Below are positions 1 through 14,605 of a stretch of DNA of 64,000 bases, piece after piece (the stretch's first letter is position 1; each line of letters opens with the position of its first letter). The notes under the pieces were generated by a model that saw nothing but the letters and a program-made list of their open reading frames with translations, did no database searches and was not told the DNA's origin. Origin of the DNA: Octopus sinensis (Eukaryota). The translations under genes were made by a program, and so were the position numbers. The stretch covers positions 123,938,001-124,002,000 of the forward strand of contig NC_042998.1 in NCBI RefSeq assembly GCF_006345805.1. The letters run 5' to 3'.

Positions 1-915
1 CATTAACATTCCAATGACTTTTAAATATCCCTGTATTTTCTATGAATATCTTTCATAAGTAATGGCATGAAGTAAAAGTTCCATATTCATGAAGACGAAC
101 GGGGTGTGCAATAGGGAATGGGGCACTTCAAATTACCATTATGGAGAAGTGCAACTTTTAAATTTCGTTTTGAAGAGTCAATAAACAAACGCCACACTGC
201 AGGATCAGGATTTTGTGATACACATTCGAAAAGTGCATCGATGTTACTGAAAAATAGGAAAACACGTTTGAAGAACCACATTTCTCTGCCGAAAATAAGG
301 TATACAAGCACCGTGCGCTAACAGATACTTCTCTTTTATTCTTCATGTTAACAGCTATGCTTTATCTTTTGAGAGGGATAGGTCTCTGACAAGTTCATTC
401 ATTTCAGCTTGCAAAAATTTCTGAGGTGCAAAGCTATCGCCATCAGCCGCGTAATCTTCATCAGCAGCACTATCATGTAAGTAAACATCATCATCTGTTG
501 TTCCAATGCCATCATCTGGTGGAACTGGATTTGACAGATTGCATTGTGAGGCACACGTCTCATTGCAGAATCCAAAATGGGATATACAATTTTATGTTTA
601 TTCTTCATAGGAAATCCTGTGAAATTTACTTTTCAAAAACAACAGTCATTAAAATGTTCTTTCGGTTCCTTCCATGTCATTGGAATGGCAAAAGCCATGT
701 AATTCTTATTATTATTGAACCAGTTACGTAAGCCACTTGAGCAAGCTGAGCAGATAAAACGTTGTGCCCATAACTTGTCCTGATCTCCACGACGACAAAA
801 TTTGGCTTATAAATCTTTTGATCTCCGGTGTCATTGTACATTTTTTAGCTTTCGCAATAAATTGTCCACAGACATATCAAAACACATCAGCACGATTTTT
901 ACACTGTCTTGACAT
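1..915 (-). pseudogene. Decayed ORF of a widespread uncharacterised DNA-transposon-type protein family; runs off the left edge
   Basis: Minus-strand translation with stops/frameshifts gives MSRQCKNRADVF*YVCGQF, AFAIPMTWKEPKEHFNDC, WRLFIDSSKRNLKVALLHNGN and LLHAITYERYS*KIQGYLKVIGMLM, in the order typical of this repeat-derived family. Superfamily not assigned. Confidence 0.8.
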
Positions 916-2542
916 TGTTGACACTGTAAAGCAAGTAAGGAAATAAATACAAGCGGTTATACTTATATTAAATTTGAGATGATGAAATATTTCATCAGAC
1001 CAATTATAACTTGACAGTTTGAGATGTTGAAATACCTATTTCATCAGACAAAACTTCATTCGTTAATTTAAGATGATGAAATATTGCATCTGAACTATGC
1101 AGCAATGAATAATGTAGTTTATTTTAAAGGTATGTTTCCATGATGTAAATTAAATACATGCATACACGTCATTAATTGGACACTCTATATAATGCATAAG
1201 CTATAACCCAAAAAACTTTGTCACCTTGAAAACTGTACGTGGTGTCAAAAACCTAATTGTATATTTGAAATTAGCATTAAAAACTACACTATGTCACCTT
1301 ATACTTGTTGACCAATGTTATTCGATAAAGCAGGAGTGTTATAAAATTCGTTGCAAATTTTCCTCTTTATGGGTAGGTAAATGTAATACTCTTAAATCTT
1401 CATTTCAATTATAAAGGTTAACATATTCTGATACAGGAAACCGAAACTGTCAAGGATTTTTCTGCGTCGTTTCTATTATATCTCTAATATTTAATGAGTA
1501 AAATTCACATAAAATTTTATGTATTAGAATAGATTTTATTTTCATTGATATATCCACAATAAATTCTTAATATGTTTTTACATTCTCTTGACTCATTACT
1601 TTGAAGGCAGATAAAATACCTCACCAAAAATATTCCTTCTTGTATATACCTTCGTCGAGATTCTATCCGTGAGATGATATTCTGTTCTTATCGTTGTACA
1701 ATCGCCGCTTTAACATTCCCATATAATTCTATTGTCAAATTTTAAATTGGTTATTACAAACAATTATACTCTAAGAAGAAACTGCTTAGTAAGAAAGTTA
1801 CTGTGTTGAATCAAACATTTTGTAAGCAACTTGTTTGCTTTATTCGTCAAGATACAACAAAACCAGCCTAACATTTAAAGTAGAGGCCATAGTGTTGCAC
1901 CCTCCGAAGCCACCTTTCTGTCAGTTCTTTGAAGCCACGCTGGTACTAGTCGTTGCCATTCAAGGTGAATGACTTCACTGAAGCTTCAACCTACACTTGG
2001 TTGATGAAGCGTCAAGAGCGTACGACGTGAGTCATAGACCAGAATAAGTTATAACCAAGAAACAATCTATTCTGATGTATAGAAACCTGCCGGCTATTTT
2101 AGTTTAGTGCAGTTAAACTTGCATTGCGTACACTGAAATTTTATTCAATTTGGCAGGCTTTCCGAATTGTCATTGAATGTATTAGTATCTGTTTCCTATA
2201 TATTGGAGTGGAATATTTCGTCTAGGCTTTTGATTAATGACTACTACTCAATGAAGAAGCTTAGGTAGGCTGAAACATGTCCAACATTTTCGTGAATTAC
2301 AGCAGGAACGTCGTTCCCATAGCTCTGACATATGTCTTTAACATAATATTCCATGAAAAAGTGTTCTATCGCAGACACGAAACTTAGTATCATACCTCTC
2401 AGGGGTGTATAAAAGCTCTTTATGTTACATGGATATTTTAATTTCATGTTATATCAATTGCGTCATCCAAGTTTATATATAGATAACTGTGTGTGTTTGC
2501 ATACATATGCGCTCGTACACATACACACCGACGCACACATAT

Positions 2543-2695
2543 TAAGTTATCATGTGATCGACCGGAAGCAAGACTAGAGCAACGTGAAATGAGGTGCTTT
2601 GCCCAAGAAAACAACGCGCTGTCCGGTCTGGGAATCGAACGCAGGATCTCACAATCGTAAGTGCAACAGTCTAATCACTAGAACTTTCGCCTTCC
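2543..2695 (-). mobile_element. tRNA-derived SINE (family 3), 5' part
   Basis: Reverse complement has a tRNA-like head with B-box GCGTTCGATTCCC followed by the TTCTTGGGCAAAGCAC core shared with the copies at 26503 and 56576. Confidence 0.75.
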
Positions 2696-2803
2696 TTCAC
2701 ACACGCAAACACGCATTCACACATGCAAAGACTCACTCATACACACATGTATATATATATATACGCATATATATCTTTCGTTTTTAGATTTGGATATGCA
2801 TGT

Positions 2804-2834
<31 letters not shown>

Positions 2835-2835
<1 letters not shown>

Positions 2836-3098
2836 TTCGTCTTTGAACTCTTTATGTAAGTTCGTGTGTTGAAGCATATTCTGTTGTGTCTGAGGAGAGT
2901 CATTCTCTTTTAGCACCTTATAATATAAAACACTCACCGGTTAAATTTCCACTCATTTACTTATTTGTTTTTCTAAAATTTTCGTTGCTTCTTGCAACCT
3001 TTTCAACAGTTATTGACTCTGTCCATTATTCAAGCAGCTTTCTTTGTTTGTTTGTGCGCATGTGTGTCGGTCAGTGTGTGTGTGCATACACATGTATG

Positions 3099-3131
<33 letters not shown>

Positions 3132-3398
3132 TATATATATTCGTCTTTGAACTCTTTATGTAAGTTCGTGTGTTGAAGCATATTCTGTTGTGTCTGAGGA
3201 GAGTCATTCTCTTTTAGCACCTTATAATATAAAACACTCACCGGTTAAATTTCCACTCATTTACTTATTTATTTTTCTAAAATTTTCGTTGCTTCTTGCA
3301 ACCTTTTCAACAGTTATTGACTCTGTCCATTATTCAAGCAGCTTTCTTTGTTTGTTTGTGCGCATGTGTGTCGGTCAGTGTGTGTGTGCATACACATG

Positions 3399-3440
<42 letters not shown>
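2835..3440. repeat. Near-perfect tandem duplication of a 304-bp unit containing a PLE terminal-repeat-like segment and (TA)n
   Basis: 2835-3138 and 3139-~3440 are almost identical outside the microsatellite; the same family occurs at 28412-28585, and fragments at 3610-3655 (inverted) and ~18045-18100. Confidence 0.9.
2973..3009 (-). ncRNA. Putative minimal type I hammerhead ribozyme, U3-A8 variant (second copy 3277-3313)
   Basis: Minus strand: CTG-TTGAAAA-G-GTTGC-AAGAA-GCAAC-GAAA-ATT-T-TAG, giving stem I CTG/TAG, a 5-bp stem II and a palindromic AATT stem III. Confidence 0.5.
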
Positions 3441-3449
<9 letters not shown>

Positions 3450-3657
3450 GCATGCGTGTAAGTGTGCGTATGCATGTGTATGTGTGTGTGTGTGCGTATG
3501 TATATATGTATGTATGGGTGTACGTTTGTTTGTAATTCATGTGTTTGTGTGTTTTTATGTGTGTGTGTGTGTTTCCATGTTTGTGTGTACCACTGTCTCC
3601 TTGTGTTTTAAATTATAAGGGCTAAAAGAGAATGATTCTTCCCAGAACCAACACTAT

Positions 3658-3742
3658 ATGTGTGTGTGTGTGTGTGTGTTGTGTGTGTGTGTGTGGTGTG
3701 TGTGTGTGTGTCCGTGGTGTGTGTGTGTGTCCGTGTGTGTGT
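3658..3742. repeat. (GT)n microsatellite
   Basis: Seen directly. Confidence 0.95.
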
Positions 3743-6221
3743 GGATATGAATTCGCACACAAATGTACACACGCAAATAAATGCATATATATCTCTGGGT
3801 GTGAAAGGAAGGATGGATGGATGTATGGATGGAAATAATTACATGAATTAGACAAATGAGTTAAGAATGCTACAGAACATCAAGATTAAAGCTATTTTCT
3901 AAAAGTTTACCTTGTTACTGTTTTAAATAAGTGATCTTTTGTCTCGTCGGTTGATGTAGAATTAACTATATCGATTCGAGATATTCTGATCGACCATTTT
4001 TATTTAATTATTAGTTTTCTTTGTTCTGAGAATATTGCAGAGATTAAAAGCAACGATAAACTATAGATATCGTGTCCTCACAGCAAACCCAGTTCTTTCC
4101 GTAGGGCAATATAAAGTTCTGTTTTCTTTTTTTTTCTTTTTATATGTGTTTTCTTAACATGAATGTCATCATCTATTCAATTACTATGCTATATCAACAT
4201 TTTGTTCTCTGCAGTGGCGTGAAAGTAATATGCTAAGAAAATTATCAGAAAAGTTTCTCTTCAAGGCCTCTTCAGTGATAAGAAAAATTGTCTCTAAATA
4301 AATTTCAAATGCACATTAAGCTTTATAAATTGCTTTTATTTTGCGTTTTGAATTCAATATATTTCCTGTTTAATATTAAGGATGATAGCTCAAGTGTTTG
4401 AGAAGCTAATGGCAGACACAGAATATTTCTTTCTCAACGTGTCATCAGATGTTATTTTGGCCTTCCATACATGCAAAGCAATATAGCCCTCATTTTATGG
4501 AGCACTATAAAACTGCAAAGAAAGCAAACGGAGAAAATTTGCTTCCGAATAGCTATAACATAAGTGATAACGGTTGAATGATATCCAATAAAGCTGTTTC
4601 ATATTTTAACAAATATTAAACCAATGATAACTTAATTCTATCGTGGATGAAGAATTTATAATCTTCACTTTTATGTAGTGTGTGACTTTGTAAATGTATA
4701 TATCAGTATGTATTTCTATATGCAGTTATGTACGTAAGTATGATACGTTCAGTTTACTACAAACGTTGTAAGTTTCGAAAAGAAATACATTGATGACAGA
4801 AAAATGTATAAACTTTTCTAAAAGTTCTTATCTTTGATAATACATCTTGGCATCGCACCCTTTTAGTAGATCTAGCTTTTTATTAGATATACTTTTAGCA
4901 TGAAGCTCTCTCCATGCAGGATTTTACAACCATTCATTCACGTGAAGATTCATGCGAAAGAGAATATTTCCAATTTCTCGAAGAAAATAAATATTACAAC
5001 TTTAAATTAATAAAACAACAGTTTATATGTTTGGGGTGAAGGCATATACGTTGATTCTGGTCTCATTTATATTCCCTTCAACAATTATTTTGCTTCACAA
5101 ATGTATGTTGCGAGTCGTCGACTTTACTTCAACTACTTCTTCTGTGTACTTGACAGCAACGAACTTTGCCTAATCTTAGTTTCTTATAAATCTGAAGATC
5201 TGTACACTGATAAGAAATTCTTATTTTAGATTCTCAGCACGCATTTTATTTCAGCTGTTAATATTAGAGTAGTTTGTTTGATATATCAATGTGAATACGA
5301 AAATTACGCCGTCTCTCTATAAAACTACAATCAACTTTACACCTGACTATTATCTTTTATTGATTATAATCATATATAATTCATTAGGAGGTTTGGATTA
5401 TTTGCTTGATTTAGTTTGTAGATGAGTTGAATATTTATGCCAAAGATTTTATTAAACTTGCAAACCTGAAATGCGATACAATTAGGTTTCTTATTCAAAT
5501 CCTTACTTGTTTGTCTAATATTGGTAACAATTTACAGAGGAATAAAAGATTAATTGCCTCAAGTAGCTGAATAAGAAAGGATTCGTTGATAAATCTTTCA
5601 ACAATCTAGAAATAGAAATAGAACTCTGCTTGAAAAGATTGTTGTATTGAACCAATTGTATGACTGAGTCAAAATCAATTATTGCAGTTGCTTTATCCGT
5701 TTTCTAGGGGATTCAGTTATGCAGATAACATGTATCAAAACTATATTTCAATCGAATTAATCTAGCTGATTCCATTCTTGGTTTATATCACTACATTTCT
5801 TTTCCCCAGTGAAATATACTACTACACAAGGAACAATAGGAATGGTATTCTGTGATAGAATAGACATTGTTTATGTTGTCCTCGTATTATTAATTCCCTT
5901 CATATAACATTCTTTGTGTAACAGACCTTAAATTTGTTAGATACATCAGTTGGTTACAGCAGATTTGGCTTTTGCTTTAAATTATTATCTTTAAATGTGG
6001 TTGGTATAATGTGAATCATAAGATAGCTTATCTTGTCAAGGGTCAAACATCAATGTCTTTATGACATATATGAGAAATATTTTATTCTTCTTAACTAATT
6101 GAAATTATCGATAGAAAGCAGGTACCGAAATTACAAAGGGTATTCATCACAAATGAAGAATATGCATCTTGTGGTTTTATACATACATGCATACTTACAC
6201 ACACACGAACACATACACATT

Positions 6222-6294
<73 letters not shown>

Positions 6295-6352
6295 CTTATA
6301 TTATATTATATCATATCATATCATATCATATCATATCATATATATATATATA
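6222..6352. repeat. Compound (CT)n(TA)n(TATCA)n microsatellite
   Basis: Seen directly. Confidence 0.95.
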
Positions 6353-9300
6353 TTAGTATTAACAAGGATTGACATATGACTAGAAAGAAGATATTTTGCA
6401 TCATACATTGAAATGATTGGTACATCTCTAAACGTATTAAGTCACGAAATACAAAAGCATATCTATTCTGGAAAGAGATGTAATTCGAGGACTGTGTTAC
6501 ATATTAAGAAAAGAAAATTAAGAAAGTATGTCAGAGTAAGAAATGTTATTGTAAACCAAATGTAACATGGTATCAAGGCCATTGAATGGCAAATACAATG
6601 AGGATAACTTGTACATAATATATAAATATGTTTTAACAATTATAATCTCTATCACTATTGCTAGTATACTCTTATACATATAAATCTTAATATAACAATG
6701 TATATTCACAATATGAATTGTACATCTAGCTTTTTATTATTCAGCTTAAATTACAATATATAACGTGTCTTTGCTGCATACTAATTAACAAGATGTGAAT
6801 TAACAATCAAAACAATCTGAAGAAATAAGCGTCGTAATATTTAGAAAAATAGTTCAATGTACAAGCATTTATGTTCGTACAATGAAACAACTACTAAGAA
6901 ACCTACTTGAGTGTTTCTCTCAAAATCAACGAATTATATTTTTTACATATATGACTGTCATGTGTATATCATTGTCGTAAAGATAATATTTTCAAGTATT
7001 GTTGACATATTTACAGAGATGTCTGTTTTCATTGCATTTAGTGATTTCATATACAAATGGAACCTTTTAAAACAGCCATCGTTTCATTAGTGGAATATTA
7101 CACTGCACGTATATCTATTGGCTTACAAAAGTAACTGATTAGCATCAACGTGAGCCTTCGAAAGTATGCAAAATGGGATTGTAGCATTCATTTTTGTTTT
7201 AAATAGGCACAGAGTAAGCGAAGTTGCTACTTCCAGTAAAAAGTGAAAACTTATTTACTTTACTATACAGGTATTGCAACATTTTTAGACGTCTCTTTTA
7301 GTTCAGTATTAAATATATATTCCTTGAAGCCAGCTTTGCTCGAATGTATTATATTAAACATATTAAATTGTTAATTTCCTGTAGTAACAAAATGTAATCT
7401 TCTATATTGATGATTTGCTCCAAGAATACAAATATAAATAGTTATTATTAATTCTGTAATTATAATTTTTTTATATTATTCCTTTGGATGCAATATAGCC
7501 TTTGAAATATTTGACAGCACTTCAATGAAATATATAGACGGAACAAATTAATCTCACAAACAATCATGTTTTCTTCAATATTCCGTTCTATATTTGTCAA
7601 GATAAAAACATATTTGAAACATTATCACACTGCTTTATTTCAAGTTAATTTTGATACAGACGAAATTAGATTTTTTTTTAAATTCAAAAGTTAATAATTT
7701 TTAATTCCGCGAATTGATAGAGTCATGAAAGCTTTGGTCAGACGTTTTCTCTCTGTTCTGTGTTCCAATTCCTCAGAGACCAAATTTGACTTTCACCTTT
7801 CTAGGGTTGACATAATGGTACTAGTCAGAGGAAGATTGGTGTAAGTTTACAAAACCAGAACCATTTGCCACATGGTATCTGTTACATCAGGTTTAACACT
7901 ACCACCTGCACCTTAGGTGCTTTAAATGGTATCTACTCCGTTCTAAGAATTTATACCAAGTTTCCGCATTTGGGATACTTTTCTCCTTACCATTGTTAGA
8001 CGCCTAGGTCATAGGCACTGTCCTTGCGACTAAAGACCAACCGATTATTACGTCCAATAAAAGGAAACACAAGGCTAACATCATCTGACTGTTTCATTGT
8101 GATATTTTATACAGCGAAATTTTAAAACAAAATAGGGAACTATGTGTCTATAAATCGAGTATCTCAGTACATAAGAGGTATTACATTTTACTTTCGACTG
8201 AATATTTTGCGCTGCCTAAGTTCATTTAATTGTGGAATGTAATGAACAGAATCCCTGGTTAAATTACCTTCGTTCACATTGTCCAATCCACAATAAGAAA
8301 GATTACCATCCACTTCACAGGTAGCCAAAACTTTAAGCACCGTAGCGCTTTTCAAAAATGATTGTACGAATATATCTGAACACGTTAGAAATATAATATA
8401 TGAATTATAACTATATACATTATAATATTAAAATAATGTATATAACTACCGGAGAAGACCTGTGGAATAATATCGCAAAAATACTAAACTTTATTCCAGG
8501 CATTGATATCCATTTGGTAAAAATTGTAACATCCACTGTTCTTCACTTGAATAATAGCAGTATATTTTGTAATGAAGCTGAATCTGTCTACCTGAGTGGG
8601 CTTTTCCCGCGATTCGATTATACCTAATTAGATAATTAATTTGCACAAATCAAATAATTTATCTTGCAATAAAGCAATTATCAGGAATGTAGAAGTAGAG
8701 CACTCAGTGAAAACATATAGATGGCTGTAAACAATCAACTATTTTCCCGTTGGTTTAAGAAGTGTTCATGAAAGTTTTAATGTTTTTAATTTAATGATTC
8801 TAAGTTGCCAACTAGTAAATAATGAATAAATATCTAAGGAAATTTCTTTAAAAAATTGTTACAATAACTAGAATGTATAATTCAATAAATGAACATTAAA
8901 CTAAAGTATATAGAATTGTTAGTTAATTTGATAATATTTTAATTCAATTCAATATTTCTAAATGATTAGATCCAATGGAAATGAAATTATATTATTTTAA
9001 TATGAAAATAATAAATCAATGTTTTCAGGAATATACCAAGTTTTTCAATAATAAAAAATGACAATGCAAATTTCGATTATTTTTATAAATTTCCTTCATA
9101 ATTTAGAATTTGCAAAAGAAATTTCAGATTTGATTTGATAATTTTATATTCGATAGAGAAACAGTGTAACAGACAATTTAAATTAATGTTTTAAAAAAAT
9201 CAATTTAATACAAAAAAAAATCAAGAAGTAATTTCGATGAATTATATCAAACTTGGAATCTAATATTGTAAAGCACTACGTGTGTCAGTGATTCTATTTC

Positions 9301-9616
9301 CCTTTGCGTAACATGAAATACATCGAATGGGAATAGAAGTAAGATTGCCTCAAAAAGTGATTTTAATAATATGTTTTATTTCATTTAGAAAAAAAAATCT
9401 TAGATGTATAAGATAGGCTTATTATTATTTCTTTTTTCGTGTCGTTGACATGTGGAAATAGAATGTCGAAATTACACTAATGCATATCCAGTTTTCAGAA
9501 CAGAAGATGATTCGGCATTGGTTTAATCACATAATCAATTTTTTGGAAATAATTTGTTTGTTTGGCTACAATAGGAAAATTTAACTTAGTTACACAAGGG
9601 CAGCAAATATGAATCA

Positions 9617-9656
<40 letters not shown>

Positions 9657-11787
9657 CGAATATGTTTTCCATATTTTGTAATATTGATTACATACAATCT
9701 TTACTATGACGTTGGAAGGGTGACATTCATGTGCTTAATGAAAGTGTTAATATAATTAAACACATCAGGCTGACGCTTTTCTATTAATTATTTTTCTATC
9801 GTTATTTAAATCAACATATTGTAAAGCAATTGTAAAGAAATGAGATCTCTTGTAAATTATCTATACTTAATAGAAGCTCACATGCTTTGTATTGTGTGAG
9901 CATAGTGTTGGCAAGCAGAGTAATTATCACTATATGTTTATATAGGGATGAAGCCATAAAATGCACACACGCAAACACAGAAATGCTAATATAAAAAGGT
10001 ACACATAGAGACAACTAGAATACGATATGACGCGTTATTTATCTTGTGTTTATTTGTAGAATCTCTTATACAATATCACGTACTGGGTTTGATATACCGT
10101 TCAGAATCTCAGAATGTTTTATTTATTCAGTTATACATTTGAAGTGCTTAGAATATATTTTCTTGCTGACAAATAGATAAGCTCCTGTGGACTTACTGCT
10201 CTACTATTAGGATGATTTAAACACTTAACTTCACGAACCTAACATCATAATACCACATAGTTGTAAATTATAGCTAATTACTGATAGAATTTTAAGCATT
10301 GCTTATAACTATGTTACTCCTATGCCAATTTAAATTGATATAGTTGTGACAAGTCCACAAGCTATTAGAGATACCTCGTGCAGTACTGTACATAATTTAA
10401 TCAATGTAAAATTAGAAAATTTGAAAATTGCAGGCCTTATAGGTAACAATGTCATGTTAGTACTATAAATAAACACTGAATATGTTTTCAAATAAAAGCA
10501 ATGCCATCATGAAGACAGTTCCTATTATGATTGTCATTCTTTTCCACATCGGTATTATCGGAGAAAGATAAGGGAATGTTAATTTATAACATTCTTCAGG
10601 ATGGTGATTGGCAGAGTTGTTTGAGCATCAGATAAAATGTATTGTGGTAACTGTTTCGCAATTCTACGCTTTGAATTCAAACGCTACTAAATACAACTTT
10701 ATTCCAGGCTAGATAAATAAAGTAACAAATAATTAATGTAGTTGGACTACTCCTCAAATCCTGAAGATTCTGAACTTGCATCTATGTTACGAACAATATT
10801 ACTACATACTTAAATTAACAACATAAATGGTCAAAAGTTTGTCTCGGAATTATTTCACTAGAGACATTATCACTCGCTTACACATGAATATTAAAATGTA
10901 TTATTTATCACATCAGTCATTTGAAGTGTTTAGAATATATGTGTATGCTAACAGAAACAATCTAGATAGATATCCTCATATATACCGCTCTACTGTATTG
11001 CACATACATAAATTAATAACGTAACTGGTCAAAAGTATGTCTTGGCGTTCTTTCTCTAGAAATATTCTTACTAGCTTACACGTAAATATGAGAATGTATT
11101 ATTTATCAAATTACTCATTTGAAGTGTTTAGAATGTATTAGTTTGCTAACGGAAAAAGTCTAGATAAATAAACTCATATACACTGTTCTAACGTTAAATT
11201 CATGAACTTAGCATCATGCACCACATTGCTGTTAAAAATGACATCTGCATATTTGTTGAGTTATTCCTGTTAAAACTTAGCTAAGGTGTGCGACAAAAGA
11301 CCAATATAGAACGAAGGCATTCCCCCTGCAACTATTAGATATAATGAAATCAGAACTACACTATCCAACGCTTCCTTCTCTTCAGTAGTAGTATGTGGTT
11401 TGAACGAAAAAGAATTGTAAAGTGAAGCCAAACATAAAAGCTTCCATATTTACTGATTCTTTTCAGTGCCCTAATTTGTACGATACTGTTTAATGAAAAG
11501 AATTCAATTGTTAGAAACCGCTGAGTGACCCAATAAGTTTAGAACTGTATAGGAAACGGTTACAAATAGGAAAAAAATCTGATTATTATATTTTAGGTTC
11601 TTTAGGCTGTATCAATACTTTTAATTATATTTTATAAAAAATAAATTTTGTGGTAGTATTTTAGATACGTAAAATACACAAAAAGCCCATAGTATTAACA
11701 AAACATTATCAGCCACCAGAAAAATTCAATCACATTCATACTTATTTCCGATACTAAACTCTATTAATATACTGAAAACAACCGTAT

Positions 11788-11928
<141 letters not shown>

Positions 11929-14389
11929 AATAAACATATATGTAACTATATATGTATCGAAATAATCTTCTCATCAATAGGTAATAATTTAGTGCCAGAG
12001 GTGTCCTTTCTCATTGCAGTTGATGCCAAATGTCTTCATCAATAGAGACCTTCATATATTTCATTCTAGACACATTATATTAGAAACAAAGTTGCCATTA
12101 TATTTTTCTAATCTCCTTCATCAATATTAAAATAAAAATTGTAATTTCTTGAAAGAAAATTAATTTCTCTTTATGACCCAGATTCTCCGATGTCAGACAT
12201 TTGATATAAAAGGAGAAAAAGAATAATTAAACCAAAATTTTGATGGGACATCAGTCGATTTAAAATTTCTGCAGAGTTTCATTTTCATCTGAACTTACTT
12301 TGACTTAGATGCCCTGTTGTGCCACAATAACTACATCCTTCGTAAGAGTTCTGTGACACCCGAACGGAGTAATGTGCATTAATTTAATATCTCTTTAGAT
12401 TATCACAACACCATTGATTTCTTGTTTTGAAAATGATGGCTTAAAATAATCACAACAGGTCTATAAAAGAAAATTCCCATAATTCCGTGCAAAACAGGAA
12501 TTTTAATAAAGTAATACAATCAATATTGCACATAATTAAAGAAGCTCAACAACATAATATAATGTCTACAGACAAAAGACATCATTGGAAGAATAGATTT
12601 CGTCGATATTGTAATATTTGAGGTTCCCATACTGACACTTTTGACAGCACGTAATCTCAGACACCTTCATATAGTTATACGTGATGTATGTGTGTATGTG
12701 CGTGTGTTTGTGCAGGTATGTGTATATATAACTCTGTTCCTGTGTGTATTTTTGTTTAAATGTATACACGTTCATGCATGCATTCACTCATACGGACATA
12801 CACATGAATTCAATATGATGGACGTGTACGACAGTTATAACATATTCACAACGTTATACTGTAATATGTTTTAGTGACGCCCATTTCTTTGACCCAATCT
12901 GGGTATGAATTAATGTTTCGTAGAGTATATACCTGAGCTATCTCGGATGTATTTGCCATAATTAAATTTAATGTGATACAAAATACTAGATTGTATTAGA
13001 TATAGGCTCATTAGCAGGGAATTTTTGTTAAAATAACGGAGACTATTTACGGCTTTGAGTCTATGAAAGTGTCGATTTTTTTCAAAATCCTCTAGTCAAT
13101 CTTTAATTTGGTGTGAACATAATACAAATCTTTCTATTTTGTTTTGTTTTTTTTACTTTGAGTTTTATATCTACGATTGTGTCAAATTTACGATTATTTA
13201 AACATCGGTTGGTGAATATGCAACTTTATTTCTAACTGACATCACGTTTTATTTTCTGTAAAACCAAATAAATTAATTTCAAGGTCATTTTTCTTTCTTC
13301 AACTAGAATTTAGAAAATAAATTTGCGCTTAACGCACACAGATATAGAATAGGGAGAATTTCTGAATCTAGTTATTTCATAGAATTATCGTTACATCATT
13401 TCTGGTTATTATTGTTTTTATGTTAAATCCCCAGATAACTTCTTGTAGAGATCTACCGTAAAATAAATTCTAGACTTCATATATGTCCATCTTCTTGAAT
13501 GTAGAGGGTATCATGTGCTACATCATAACAATCATTTATAATATAAACAGAAATGTGAAAACTGATGAAGATGTGGGTACTATTTCCAGAAAAATACAAT
13601 ACCTCATAGCTTATCTTTTATTGGTTCTGTAATAATCCGTTTAGAATGTGTGCTCTTATAATATACTTAAATATATTTCACATAAAAATTACGTCAATAT
13701 CTTTGAAAGCATTTGGGAAATATCTGTAATGATCATATTGAAATGCAACTGTAGCTTACTGGCTTTTTTACAATGTCATTGACTTTCATGTGAGCATTAT
13801 AAATTCCCGATTTACTATATAATGCGGGTTAAAGTAATTTAAATATATATACTGAAAGAATAAATTTTCCAGTCCAAATGACTAGATTAGAGTATTCATG
13901 ATTTTTATTTAACTAAGGTTGTATTCTAAGCAACTGGCAACGAGAAAAGACAAATATTTACTTCAGCTAAAAGATTTACTTTGGAATCACATAATGGTTG
14001 ATATTTTTTAGAGCAAATGAAGTGAGTCAGATAGTCAAGTTTCAGTAAGAAAATACAAGATTAATGTTGAGAATTTACTTCCCACTTGCAAGATAGATTA
14101 TAATGTGAATACTTAGCTTTTATATCTACATAAAACCACTTTTTTTTACCTATGTGTTTGTATGAAAATATAAACTTTTCACCGATTGATCTCTGTGGAT
14201 CTCTCTATTTTTCATGATGCGGCACGTTTATACCATTATCTGACTCTAGTGGCTTTCTTTCGCTTATTTTGAACTAAAGTTTGCATGTTATAGCAATAAC
14301 AATAAATGTATCTAGATCCATATCTATGTATGTGTATGTATATACTTGTATATGTGTGTTTGAGAGAGTGTGTGCGTGTATGTGTGAGT

Positions 14390-14555
14390 GTGGGTGTGCG
14401 TGGTAAGAAGCTTGCTTTCTAACCACATGGTTCTGGGCTCAGCCCCACTCCGTGACACCTTTGATCAAGCATCTTCTATTATAACTCGAGGCCGACTAAA
14501 TCCTTGTGAGTGAATTTGGTAGACGGAAACTGTAAGAAGCCCGTCGGATATATAT

Positions 14556-14605
<50 letters not shown>

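Noticed and set aside
7985-8035. Minus-strand AG...GTAAGG exon-like segment (also a plus-strand one at ~10600-10650)
   Set aside because: Stop codons in all three frames.
12300-12340. CSYCGTTGH zinc-knuckle-like peptide on the minus strand near 12300-12360
   Set aside because: In-frame stop just upstream with no acceptor; likely chance.
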